Source of the DNA: an uncultured Alistipes sp.
GTDB taxonomy: Bacteria > Bacteroidota > Bacteroidia > Bacteroidales > Muribaculaceae
Assembly: GCA_964509345.1 (NCBI GenBank)
Contig: CAZDWY010000009.1
Span: forward strand, 3,119 to 67,118
Reading direction: 5' to 3'
Length of the DNA stretch: 64,000 nucleotides
Shown here in pieces: positions 9,147-18,412 of this stretch. How positions within the stretch are numbered: the first letter of the stretch is position 1; each line of letters begins with the position of its first letter. Made by a program: the position numbers and the translations under genes. Under the pieces are notes generated by a model. It did no database searches, was not told the origin of the DNA, and saw nothing but the letters and a program-made list of their open reading frames with translations.

Positions 9147-10271
9147 GTGCGTTTTTCGGATATACCGGGCAATTTTGCTGCCAAAACTCGTTTGAGGGAG
9201 ATGGTCGATTCAGGCAGGATGCCTCATGCGATATTATTGGAAGGTCCGTCAGGTACTGGGAAGTTTGCTATTGCGCGTGCTTTGGCTCAGTATATTCACT
9301 GTGAGAATCGTACTCCCGATGGTGAACCTTGTGGAAGTTGCATGTCGTGTGTACAGCACCAGACTTTTAACCATGCCGATACAATCTTCTCTTTCCCAAT
9401 TCTTAAAAGTGTATCACCGGCTGGATTGAGCGATGATTTAGCTGGAGAGTGGGCTAAGTTTTTGCAGTCCTCTCCCTTAATGGATTTTGAGGAGTGGCAG
9501 AAATTTTTGGGTAATGCTAATGGTCAGCCGGTAATATATTCTGCCGAGGCGCTGAATATAGCGAGGAAGTTTGCTACTACATCATATTCGTCTCGGTATA
9601 AGATATTGCTTTTATGGCTTCCGGAGCGCATGCAGACAGAATGTGCCAACAAGCTTCTTAAGCTTATTGAAGAGCCCTATCAGGACTCACTGCTGATCTT
9701 TGTAAGCGATTCGTCCGGAGAAATTTTACCTACAGTGAAGTCGAGATTGCAATCAGTAAAGTTTAGTCGTATAAATGATAGGGATGCTGCGGATTATCTT
9801 GAAAGGGAATTCAACGCAGATCATGCTACGGCACTCTCGGTTTCACACATATCAGAGGGGAATCTGACGGCGGCCGTTAAAATGCTTTCCAAAGGGAAGG
9901 AGAATGCTTATTTTCTTGAGATGTTCATATTACTCATGCGGGCTGCATACAAACGTCAGGTTGGCGTTTTAAGAAAATGGAGCATAGATATTTCTGGGCT
10001 TGGACGTGAAAGCGCGATTCGTTTTCTTGTGTATTGTGAAAGGATGATGCGTGAAAACTTTATATCTAATCTGCATATCCCTGAAATGGTTTACCTTACT
10101 CCGGCAGAGAGTAGTTTCAGTGCAAGATTTTCACCGTTTATAAACGAACGAAATGTGGAACGTCTTCTTGATGAATTCAGAGAGGCACGAACTGATATAT
10201 CGGCTAATGCCAATGCGAAGATTGTGTTTTTCGATCTTGCAATTCATGTGATTCTGTTGCTTAAAGCCTAA
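9147..10271 (+). CDS. holB: DNA polymerase III subunit delta' (clamp-loader AAA+)
   Basis: GTG start. GRMPHAILLEGPSGTGKFAIARALAQYIHCE plus the zinc-module-like CGSCMSC are typical of delta'/tau-family clamp-loader subunits. Confidence 0.8.
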   Translation: MRFSDIPGNFAAKTRLREMVDSGRMPHAILLEGPSGTGKFAIARALAQYIHCENRTPDGEPCGSCMSCVQHQTFNHADTIFSFPILKSVSPAGLSDDLAGEWAKFLQSSPLMDFEEWQKFLGNANGQPVIYSAEALNIARKFATTSYSSRYKILLLWLPERMQTECANKLLKLIEEPYQDSLLIFVSDSSGEILPTVKSRLQSVKFSRINDRDAADYLEREFNADHATALSVSHISEGNLTAAVKMLSKGKENAYFLEMFILLMRAAYKRQVGVLRKWSIDISGLGRESAIRFLVYCERMMRENFISNLHIPEMVYLTPAESSFSARFSPFINERNVERLLDEFREARTDISANANAKIVFFDLAIHVILLLKA

Positions 10272-10294
10272 TAAACATAGTAAAATGAGAAAAT

Positions 10295-10350
10295 ATAACC
10301 GCGATGGGCTATTATAAATTATTTTCATAGCTACTCGCGGTTATCTTTTT
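10295..10350 (+). terminator. Hairpin plus T-run between convergent holB and the TolC-family gene
   Basis: ataaccgcga (10295-10304) pairs with tcgcggttat (10335-10344), with an inner gctat/atagc pairing, followed by cttttt. It could act in both directions. Confidence 0.5.
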
Positions 10351-10377
10351 AAATTTACTATAAAATCGTATATAGAT

Positions 10378-11685
10378 TCAGATAGAATTGTTTTGGTAAA
10401 AAATTAGAATTCGATATCGTAACAAATATTCATAATGTGCCTGAATAGATGAAACTTCTGTTCTGAAGAGATTATTTTTTGCCTGTTCGTATTCGCTTGG
10501 AGTAGCCCGCCCCATATTGTATTTTTCTCTGGTGGCTTCGTAGGATAGTGTTGTCTTTTCAAGTGTCTCTTTAGAGGCAAAATATTTATCTCGAGCTCCG
10601 CGTGCCTGATAATACGCTAACTGGATGGTTTTAAAAAGTTCAGATTCCTTGCGGTCTAATTCGAGTTCTGCAGATTGTTTCTGCAGTTTAGCTTTTCTGA
10701 TAGAGTTTCTAGTAGAGAAACCATCAAAAATTGGAATTGATAGACTGAAACCGAGATATGTAGAGTAATTATGGCGCATCTGTTCGCGGAATGTATCACT
10801 TTTATATCCTCCCACTGTATAGTAGCTTGAACCGAGACCTGCGTTGAAACTTAGACGAGGTATATATCCGCTTTGAGCGAGAGATATGTTGGTATCGGCA
10901 ACCTTAATTCCTTCTCGTGATGCCATAATGGAATTGTTATGTTGCAGAGCTGCATTGAAGACAGCATCCGATGTCGGAATAATAGGTTCATCTTCAGTAA
11001 GAGGACTTACATCAAATCCATTTGCTGTAGGGAGCTGGAGAAGATTTGCTAACTCTACAAGCGATACTTTTATGTCGTTCTCTGCAGTAACGACCTGAAG
11101 TTGATCCTGTGCCATCTGTGCCTCAGCATCGTATAAATCAGCTTCAGCAACTTTTCCTTCTTCAACGAGTGCACGCTGACGTTCCACCTCGAAAGTTGAG
11201 TGTTCGAGTTGACGTTCTGCTGATTTCATTACTTCTTTTGCATATAGTACTTGCAGATATTGTGATATGACATTCAGCGTAACATTATCCTTCGCCGCTT
11301 CGAATTCGTAAAGGAGACGGGAAAGGTTGTTTTTTGCCAGTTTCAGCTGACGGTATTCTGATAGTCCTTGAAACAATGGAAGATTCAATGATGCACCCCA
11401 CTGGAAATTTGTTGTATTTCTGTCAGCATAGGTATTTGACGCAGTCAGTCCACGACCGAAACTCAGGCTTTCAGAAATATTCGCGTTCAACGATGGAAGG
11501 AAACGGTCTTTTGCATCAGTAATGCTTTGCTCTCCATCAGCTATATTCAACTGGGCGTTCTTTACATTAAGATTATTCGTGATAGCGTAATCAACACACT
11601 GTTCGAGATTCCAGGTTTCTGCGAGAGCGCACACTGTGGTAAGCATTGCGCATGCGGTTATATATGATTTATGAAATATTTTCAT
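10378..11685 (-). CDS. TolC family outer-membrane efflux protein
   Basis: 435 aa with a signal peptide and two OEP-type repeats. It is the last gene of the efflux operon. Confidence 0.9.
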   Translation of the reverse strand: MKIFHKSYITACAMLTTVCALAETWNLEQCVDYAITNNLNVKNAQLNIADGEQSITDAKDRFLPSLNANISESLSFGRGLTASNTYADRNTTNFQWGASLNLPLFQGLSEYRQLKLAKNNLSRLLYEFEAAKDNVTLNVISQYLQVLYAKEVMKSAERQLEHSTFEVERQRALVEEGKVAEADLYDAEAQMAQDQLQVVTAENDIKVSLVELANLLQLPTANGFDVSPLTEDEPIIPTSDAVFNAALQHNNSIMASREGIKVADTNISLAQSGYIPRLSFNAGLGSSYYTVGGYKSDTFREQMRHNYSTYLGFSLSIPIFDGFSTRNSIRKAKLQKQSAELELDRKESELFKTIQLAYYQARGARDKYFASKETLEKTTLSYEATREKYNMGRATPSEYEQAKNNLFRTEVSSIQAHYEYLLRYRILIFYQNNSI

Positions 11686-11693
11686 TGTTCTGT

Positions 11694-12794
11694 TCAGTTA
11701 GTACGGTTGCCACGGAGTTGAATATCCTTGTCTATGAGTGGTGATTTCAGTTCTACTTGCAAGCCGTCGGATACTCCGGTTGTAATAGATGTACGGTCAA
11801 ACTGTTGGGAATTAGCTGCTGATTTTAAAACATAAACAAAAGCACTGTCACCTTTGTACTCTATTACCCTCTCCGGGATAGACAGGACATCCTCAGCTTT
11901 TTCCAATATCACAGTCGCATTTGCACTGTATCCTGCACGCAGTTTCATAGACAATGAATCTACATTAAGAGCTGCTTTTATCTCAAATGTATTTGTTCCG
12001 TTTTCATCGGTTGCGATGGGAGCGATTTTTTCTATGACTGCTGCAATATCTGAACCGACTACCGCTCCGATTGCAATTCGAGTCGACATACCTTCAGTAA
12101 GTAGATCCACTTCAGTCTCATCTACTTTACCCACAAATATCAGGTCTTTCATATCGGCTACTTTTGCTATGGTGGTTCCATCGTTGAAGGTGTTGGCTTG
12201 AATTACTGATGTGCCAACCTTTACAGGGACTTCAAGAACAACTCCGGTGACAGTTGAGCGCACAAGAGTATTGGATCCTTGAGCATTATTGGAGGAAACA
12301 CCATCACGAACAATAGCAAGTTGATCGTACGCCTGATCAAGTTCTGATTTTGCTTGATTGTAGGTTGCTTCATCTGTCTCGAATTTTTCCCGGCTTTCAA
12401 ATTTTTTCTCATACAGCGCTTTTGTTCGTTCATAAATAAGGCGCTGTTGTTCAAGATTGATTTCGGCAATCCGGACACGGTTTTGTGCAGATGAAAGTTG
12501 TGCTTCGTCTGGTATTACCTTAATTTTTGCGATGATGTCACCAGTATTGACATGGTCGCCTGCTTCTACTAAAACTTCATTGATAATTCCTGAGATCTGA
12601 GGTTTTATCTCAATTTCATCGCGTGGCTCGATTTTACCGGTAAGAACGGTGGTACGTTCGATAGTAGCTATCGATGGATTAACAAGTTCGTATTCAGGTT
12701 GTTTCTCGCGAGCATTCAGAATAAGATAGACAAAGGTGCCTACGAATATTGCTGCGATTAATACCCAGAGTGTAATCTTGAAAAACTTTTTCAT
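11694..12794 (-). CDS. Efflux periplasmic adaptor subunit (HlyD/MFP family)
   Basis: N-terminal TM anchor, a lipoyl-like motif (GDHVNTGDIIAKI), a coiled-coil hairpin and a beta-barrel domain. Confidence 0.9.
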   Translation of the reverse strand: MKKFFKITLWVLIAAIFVGTFVYLILNAREKQPEYELVNPSIATIERTTVLTGKIEPRDEIEIKPQISGIINEVLVEAGDHVNTGDIIAKIKVIPDEAQLSSAQNRVRIAEINLEQQRLIYERTKALYEKKFESREKFETDEATYNQAKSELDQAYDQLAIVRDGVSSNNAQGSNTLVRSTVTGVVLEVPVKVGTSVIQANTFNDGTTIAKVADMKDLIFVGKVDETEVDLLTEGMSTRIAIGAVVGSDIAAVIEKIAPIATDENGTNTFEIKAALNVDSLSMKLRAGYSANATVILEKAEDVLSIPERVIEYKGDSAFVYVLKSAANSQQFDRTSITTGVSDGLQVELKSPLIDKDIQLRGNRTN

Positions 12795-12836
12795 ATTTCA
12801 GTCATTTGTATGGTTTCAATAATTAGGGTGATACAG

Positions 12837-14087
12837 CTATTTATCGTTAATAGCCTCCACCGGTTTTATTTTCATGGCTTTGCTTGCAGGAATAAGTCCA
12901 GCTATAGTTCCAAGAACTATAAATGTGATCATGATTATCATCGCTTGCCCCGGATTCATTTGGAAACGTGGGGTAGATATTTCATTGGCAGTGAGATGTT
13001 GCGTTATGCCGAGGGCTATGGTAGCAAAGCATATTCCGGCAATACCTGCAATAGTGGTAAGTATAATGCCCTCAGAGAGAATCTGTACTATGATGTCAGA
13101 AGGTTTGGCTCCGAGTGCGCGCCGGATACCGATCTCCTGAGTACGTTCTTTTACAATTACCCACATAATGTTGCCTATACCGATTATGCCTGCCAGCAAA
13201 GTACTGAATCCAATGAAAAACGCAAGTAGTGAGACCCCCCTGAACAAGTTGTCAGCCATTTCGAATTGTTCAGATACATCGAAGATATCGCATGCGGAAA
13301 GATCATCTGGTGCTATTGTATGGCGGATGAACAGAAGACGTTTTATTTCAGGTATCAGATTTGCAATCTTGGTTCCATCCTTTGCAACTATCATAATAAC
13401 GTCAACATTGATACCACGATGAAAGGCCCGCCGGAAGGTTGAACTTGGAAGGATTACAGATTCATCTATACGTGCACCCATATTGATTTCGTTTCTCTGT
13501 CCGGCAACTCCTACAATATTGTAAGTAATACCATTTACAAGTATTTCTCTTCCTAATGGTGAGGGATCGTCGGGAAAAATCTCATTAACTATTTTCTGAC
13601 CTACAACCGCGACTTTACGTTCAAGTGCGACATCGGCCTGATTGACAAATCGTCCGCTGTAAATTGTCGGAGTCATCACATCTGTAAATTCTGGTGATGC
13701 GCCCATGACAGCTCCGGAATATGAATATTTACCGTTACGGAAACTTACACCATGTGATGAATACTGTTCTGTTACAGTTTCTAACGCTGGAAAAGATTCC
13801 TTGAGACGTTCCATATCGGTTATATCGAGTTCCCAATAACGCCCCTTCTGATGACCCTTATAAGGAATTGAAGTGCGTCCGGTGAATATGATTCCACTGT
13901 TTGTAGCAAAGCCGCTGAAATTGCGCATAAGTAGATCTTTGGCACCTCGCGCACCTCCAAGAAGAATTGCAAGCATCGCTGTTCCCCAGAATATTCCAAA
14001 GCCTGTCAGGAAGGTCCGCGTCTTGTTGCGCGCAAGTGTGGCACCGATTTCTTTCCAATTTTCTATGTCAAATAGTCTTATTCTCAT
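12837..14087 (-). CDS. ABC transporter permease, MacB/FtsX-like
   Basis: 416 aa with TM1, a periplasmic domain of about 230 aa and a C-terminal 3-TM FtsX domain (KERTQEIGIRRALGAKPSDI). Confidence 0.9.
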   Translation of the reverse strand: MRIRLFDIENWKEIGATLARNKTRTFLTGFGIFWGTAMLAILLGGARGAKDLLMRNFSGFATNSGIIFTGRTSIPYKGHQKGRYWELDITDMERLKESFPALETVTEQYSSHGVSFRNGKYSYSGAVMGASPEFTDVMTPTIYSGRFVNQADVALERKVAVVGQKIVNEIFPDDPSPLGREILVNGITYNIVGVAGQRNEINMGARIDESVILPSSTFRRAFHRGINVDVIMIVAKDGTKIANLIPEIKRLLFIRHTIAPDDLSACDIFDVSEQFEMADNLFRGVSLLAFFIGFSTLLAGIIGIGNIMWVIVKERTQEIGIRRALGAKPSDIIVQILSEGIILTTIAGIAGICFATIALGITQHLTANEISTPRFQMNPGQAMIIMITFIVLGTIAGLIPASKAMKIKPVEAINDK

Positions 14088-14101
14088 ATCACCATTTACA
14101 A

Positions 14102-15325
14102 TTATTCATCGCGGAGTGCCTCAACAGGTTTTATCTTTAGTGCTTTTAGTGCAGGGAAAAGGCCGGCGAGTGCTCCCGATATTATAAGTACGACTGTAAC
14201 CTGGATAGCAACAGATATGCTTACTCGTGGATTAGATATAAAATCTGTGTCACTGAATACTACATTTAGAATTTCAGTAACTATTGTTCCAAAAACGATT
14301 CCGATATAGCCGAACAGAGTTGTAATGGCTATACTCTCTGTGATTACTTGCATAAGAATACTTTTCGGACGTGCTCCGATTGCACGCCTGATACCTATCT
14401 CATGTGTTCTTTCTTTGACTGAAACGAACATAATATTGCCTATTCCGACAATTCCACTCAAAAGTGTCAGCAGACCTAATATCCATATTGAGGTATTCAA
14501 AATACTCATTGCAGCGAGACCTTTCATTCCGTCTGAAAATTGGTTCCAGATCCATACAGCACTCTCATCTTCAGGATTGAAATCGTGAGCGGCTGCAAGC
14601 GTAAGGCGTATATCTTTTTCCGCTGCATTACCCTCTTCTTCTGTTTTAAGGCCTTTTAAAATCACACTGATGCTTCCTAAATTATCATTATTTCCTGTTA
14701 AAAGACGGGCAGTAGTGAACGGGATGTAAGTTTCACGTCCCCAGCGAGCTGAATATACACCTATGACTTTGAAGGCCAAACCATTGATTGATATAATTTT
14801 GCCAAGACTTTCATCGTTGTCGAAAAGTTGTTTTTCAATACGTTCGGGCAGTACAATCACTTTTGCAGATGTTGCCATGTCGTTATCATTGATGAATCGT
14901 CCTTTTATCATTTTTTTATTTCCTCCGGACATTTCTATTTCTGAAGGAAATACACCCGTATATGACTGTGTTATCGAATTTTTACCTGCTTTAAATGTTG
15001 TTGAAATTCCATAAATTGTGGATATGGCATTGTCCGTAAAGCTCTGATGTTCCTGTTCGATACGCTCAATATCGGCTGATTTCAGATTTATGCCACGACC
15101 TTCGCGATATCCATGATAAGGTTTCGACGTACGTCCGCCCCAAAGATTAATTTTTTGAGAACCAGACGACATGGCATGCTCCATGAAGGAATTTGTCACT
15201 CCATTGCCCATTCCAAGTAAAACAATCAACATAAAAATCCCCCACGCTACTGAAAATCCCGTTAGAGCAGTGCGGAGTTTATTATGACGTAGAGTCTGTA
15301 TGATTTCGTTGAAAAGATCAAACAT
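14102..15325 (-). CDS. ABC transporter permease, MacB/FtsX-like (paralog)
   Basis: Same architecture as 12837-14087 (KERTHEIGIRRAIGARPKSI). The two genes form a tandem paralog pair. Confidence 0.9.
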   Translation of the reverse strand: MFDLFNEIIQTLRHNKLRTALTGFSVAWGIFMLIVLLGMGNGVTNSFMEHAMSSGSQKINLWGGRTSKPYHGYREGRGINLKSADIERIEQEHQSFTDNAISTIYGISTTFKAGKNSITQSYTGVFPSEIEMSGGNKKMIKGRFINDNDMATSAKVIVLPERIEKQLFDNDESLGKIISINGLAFKVIGVYSARWGRETYIPFTTARLLTGNNDNLGSISVILKGLKTEEEGNAAEKDIRLTLAAAHDFNPEDESAVWIWNQFSDGMKGLAAMSILNTSIWILGLLTLLSGIVGIGNIMFVSVKERTHEIGIRRAIGARPKSILMQVITESIAITTLFGYIGIVFGTIVTEILNVVFSDTDFISNPRVSISVAIQVTVVLIISGALAGLFPALKALKIKPVEALRDE

Positions 15326-15338
15326 CTTTGTCTTTGTA

Positions 15339-16001
15339 TTATCGACGTATTATACCGTCACAAATTCGTATGATTCTGTCAGTCCGCTCTCCAACTGTAG
15401 GATCGTGTGTTACGATTACCGTAGTCATTCCGTCGCGCCGGTTAAGCTCTTTGAAAAGTCCCATCACTTCGCGCGACGTAGTGCTGTCAAGTGCACCGGT
15501 TGGCTCATCGGCAAGAATGATAGATGGTTGGGTGATAAGTGCACGAGCAATTGCAACCCGCTGTTTTTGACCACCCGATAGTTCTCCCGGAAGATGATGT
15601 GCGCGATCGGCCAACCCAAGTTTATCAAGCTGCTCCATTGCGAGAATATTGCGTTTTTTTCTGCTTACACCTTGATAAAATAAGGGGAGGGCTACATTTT
15701 CTATAGCGTTTTTATAATTGATTAGGTTGAATGACTGAAATACAAATCCGATCATATGGTTGCGGTATTCGGCAGCTTTATTCTCTGAAAGATCTTTGAT
15801 TAGAGTACCGTCTAGCCAATATTCTCCAGAATCGTAATTATCAAGAATCCCGAGTATATTAAGTAATGTGGATTTACCAGATCCGGATGCCCCCATAATG
15901 GATACAAGCTCTCCTTTTTGTATTTCAAGGTTAATTCCTTTCAGCACATGTAGGGGGACTATACCCGGATATGTCTTGTTTACATCTTTTAAAGAAATCA
16001 T
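15339..16001 (-). CDS. ABC transporter ATP-binding protein (MacB/LolD-type, stand-alone NBD)
   Basis: Walker A GASGSGKST, signature LSGGQKQRVAIARAL and Walker B IILADEPTGALD are all canonical. Confidence 0.95.
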   Translation of the reverse strand: MISLKDVNKTYPGIVPLHVLKGINLEIQKGELVSIMGASGSGKSTLLNILGILDNYDSGEYWLDGTLIKDLSENKAAEYRNHMIGFVFQSFNLINYKNAIENVALPLFYQGVSRKKRNILAMEQLDKLGLADRAHHLPGELSGGQKQRVAIARALITQPSIILADEPTGALDSTTSREVMGLFKELNRRDGMTTVIVTHDPTVGERTDRIIRICDGIIRR

Positions 16002-16021
16002 ATCTGTTCTGTTTTCATGTG

Positions 16022-16050
16022 TTAGACGAACTGAGTTTCACCAAAGTTGC
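16022..16050 (-). promoter_or_regulatory. Candidate ECF-sigma-type promoter GCAAC-N17-CGTCTAA upstream of the efflux operon
   Basis: The minus strand reads atGCAACtttggtgaaactcagttCGTCTAAcac, ending 20 nt before the ATG at 16001. Both half-sites are identical to those at 1154-1183. Confidence 0.4.
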
Positions 16051-16102
16051 ATGGAGCGAATATTTTTTTAATTATCTTCTTGCATGGTTAAACCATAATG
16101 TG

Positions 16103-16110
16103 TAAATTTG
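16103..16110 (+). promoter_or_regulatory. Orphan -7 box TAAATTTG
   Basis: TAnnTTTG match with a TTG about 21 nt upstream. It points into a region with no ORF of 60 aa or longer. Confidence 0.35.
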
Positions 16111-16116
16111 CGTTAT

Positions 16117-16399
16117 AAGTTCGACAGGGACACAGAGGTGTACTTGTTTTAAATAATGAAAAATTGCCACACCAAAGTTGATTGGGAAACTCATCAAATT
16201 TATATGAAATACCGAGACAATCTATGTTATCTGATGGCGGGCTCCATTCTTCATTTATGAAGAAGTCATATGTTAGTGACCAGGCAGATTACAAAGGATA
16301 ACAAGAACTCAAAACCTGTCTTTCGGAGTTTCATCGCATCCTTTGATGTGGCACCTTATAGAGAGATCAGTGTAAATCATGCTGGTCTCTCATTTTTTT
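16117..16399 (+). ncRNA. Candidate small transcript (sRNA or micro-ORF mRNA), unverified
   Basis: Bounded by the -7 box at 16103-16110 and the intrinsic terminator at 16361-16399. I did not recognise any known RNA family. It contains two ATGA-overlapping micro-ORFs, 16156-16260 (34 aa) and 16257-16301 (14 aa). Confidence 0.3.
16361..16399 (+). terminator. Intrinsic terminator on the plus strand
   Basis: gagagatcag (16361-16370) pairs with ctggtctctc (16382-16391), giving 10 bp including one G-U pair, followed by attttttt. Confidence 0.55.
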
Positions 16400-16437
16400 C
16401 ATCCGATATATTGTAGTTGCCATCCGGATACAAATAA

Positions 16438-16466
16438 GGGCGTGTCAATAACTAACTGACACGCCC
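16438..16466 (-). terminator. Hairpin terminator after the last gene of the nine-gene cluster
   Basis: gggcgtgtca (16438-16447) pairs with tgacacgccc (16457-16466) in a 10-bp perfect stem. The minus-strand transcript continues with UUAUUUGUAU. Confidence 0.6.
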
Positions 16467-16506
16467 TCTCTCAATTATGTATTCGATTATATATCAGATG
16501 AAAGGC

Positions 16507-17121
16507 TTATTCTGGAAGAATCTCATATGAATAAGCTACAATGTAATATGAAGATAGGTAGGGTTTACCTTCTTTTTCAGCACGTTCTGCAATACGAGCA
16601 CGATAATCTGCGATTTGAGCTGCGAATGTATCAATCTCGCCCTGCCCTTGAGCCTTACGTTCAGTTTCACATCCGGTAGCTGCCTGATCGACAGCTGCAG
16701 CTTGTTCAGCTCCGGCTTGTTCAGCTATCATTTTTACCTGTTCTGCGTGCTGGGCTTCAATTTGCTTCACTTCCTCTTCACCAAGACGAGATTCAACAAG
16801 AATGCCGGTTACTTGCATCGGTTTGTGTACTGATTCCTGAGGAAATGCTCCACCCATTTCAGGAGTAGCCTCGCAACGGATCATTACATTCTCGTCAGAT
16901 CCAAGCAGAAATGCTTTTTTACCGCCATGAGCGCAAAGATGAGATACTACGCCTTCAACAGTGATAGTATCGCCCAGATATGCTTCGGGGTTTGCAACTA
17001 CAGAATCAATACTGACTACAACAGCATCTTCACTTGCATTGTTTTCAGCCTTGTTACCGCAAGAAGTGGCAATCGTCATTCCGATGAATGCAAGGGCTGA
17101 GATTAATACTGATTTTTTCAT
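16507..17121 (-). CDS. Lipoprotein, uncharacterised (Cys/His-containing N-domain, Ala/Glu/Gln-rich helical C-region)
   Basis: Lipobox MKKSVLISALAFIGMTIATSCG. The beta-rich segment is YLGDTITVEGVVSHLCAHGGKKAFLLG...MIRCE. AEQ-rich repeats follow. Confidence 0.6.
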   Translation of the reverse strand: MKKSVLISALAFIGMTIATSCGNKAENNASEDAVVVSIDSVVANPEAYLGDTITVEGVVSHLCAHGGKKAFLLGSDENVMIRCEATPEMGGAFPQESVHKPMQVTGILVESRLGEEEVKQIEAQHAEQVKMIAEQAGAEQAAAVDQAATGCETERKAQGQGEIDTFAAQIADYRARIAERAEKEGKPYLSSYYIVAYSYEILPE

Positions 17122-17156
17122 AATAGTTTGGAAATAGGATATTTTAAAATGTTATT

Positions 17157-18410
17157 TCAGTCTTTTAGTAGCATGAAAGGAATAAATGAGAAGATCCCGC
17201 AAATTAATGTGCTTGAGGCACCTGCGTATGTCCATATGTTCCGTCCCTTATTCTGCGCGAAGATCAATATCAAGGATAACAGCAGATTGAGATAGATTGC
17301 GTGCCAGCTTATGCGGGCAAAACGTGGATAAGCCAACGAGTCGCTTGTCGACACGAATGATAGGGTATATGGAAAGATATAGTCGGCTATCTTTGAGGCG
17401 GCATTACGAGGCTTCTCATAGTCGTAAGATCCTGCAAGCTTATACCCGTCTGGGGTACGCTCCACAGCTCTCCATCGCGAAACGCCATCACCAGTGAAAC
17501 GGAAAGTGAGGTTGAATAGATTTCCCATGCACATCAGATTTTCTTTTCTCGGATTGACTTTTCCGACCGGAAGCGGGAACACTTTGTATCCTTCCTTTTC
17601 TATAATATAGAAATTATTGTCGGTGTCAGATACGAATCCGAGGATGCTTTGGTTCGACTCTTCAAGGATGAATGCTTTATCTGCAGCTGCACTATGCGGC
17701 AATGGAATAGCTGCTACATAAGGGCGACCGGCACGCTGTTTTACGTGAAACAGTTTTCCATTATTGTCAATCATGAGATAGCCTTCATCATATTGTTTTC
17801 TTGAAGTGATATTAGCGGACAAATCTGCTGCAGGAAATGCAAACCCACGTTGCTTCATAGTTTCAGTGAATCTTTTTCCACGGTCTGGAACAACTGAATT
17901 TGTTGCCATATCGATGAATTCTATTTCACCGTTGTCAGTAAAACGGAACACTTCGGTTGGGTCTGATAATTCCACACGTACAGGCATTGACTCCATCATC
18001 ATCCATACACCGGGCTCGCGTTTTACAATGTCGCGTGGTGAACTTGAAAACATAAGTTCATGTGACCGAAGTTCATGAGCGTTTACCGCTTTGCCATGAA
18101 TGGAATCCGGGAGGCGGTCATGAGCCAGCAGTTCTTTATAAAAAAGCTGCGGAACGAGCGAATCACGTTCGTTGCGGGTTATAAAACTTATTGTCGGTCC
18201 ATCTGTAGCTCCTTCATTTTCAAGTATCATAATCTTAGGTTTCTCGCCTGGAGATGCCTGAGAGATTATCCATTTCTCATTAACCGGTGAAAAACTACAG
18301 AAAGGTTCACCGGATGAGGCAGGAAACATCAACGCATATATCCACGGTAGGAACCAACTGAGAACGGCTATCGCGACAATATAAAGAACTATTTTTGAGA
18401 AACTTTTCAT
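17157..18410 (-). CDS. Membrane-anchored protein with a large extracytoplasmic domain (DUF4857-like from memory)
   Basis: An N-terminal TM helix (IVLYIVAIAVLSWFLPWIYALMF), a soluble region of about 330 aa and two C-terminal TM helices. The ATG lies 2 nt after the upstream gene's stop codon. Confidence 0.6.
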   Translation of the reverse strand: MKSFSKIVLYIVAIAVLSWFLPWIYALMFPASSGEPFCSFSPVNEKWIISQASPGEKPKIMILENEGATDGPTISFITRNERDSLVPQLFYKELLAHDRLPDSIHGKAVNAHELRSHELMFSSSPRDIVKREPGVWMMMESMPVRVELSDPTEVFRFTDNGEIEFIDMATNSVVPDRGKRFTETMKQRGFAFPAADLSANITSRKQYDEGYLMIDNNGKLFHVKQRAGRPYVAAIPLPHSAAADKAFILEESNQSILGFVSDTDNNFYIIEKEGYKVFPLPVGKVNPRKENLMCMGNLFNLTFRFTGDGVSRWRAVERTPDGYKLAGSYDYEKPRNAASKIADYIFPYTLSFVSTSDSLAYPRFARISWHAIYLNLLLSLILIFAQNKGRNIWTYAGASSTLICGIFSFIPFMLLKD

Positions 18411-18412
18411 AA

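Noticed and set aside
16156-16301. The two micro-ORFs as bacteriocin or peptide precursors for the neighbouring MacB/HlyD/TolC exporter.
   Set aside because: There is no double-glycine or other recognisable leader, no modification enzyme and no peptidase-domain ABC transporter. The peptides are not obviously amphipathic or Cys-patterned. They are kept only as part of the candidate small-transcript finding.
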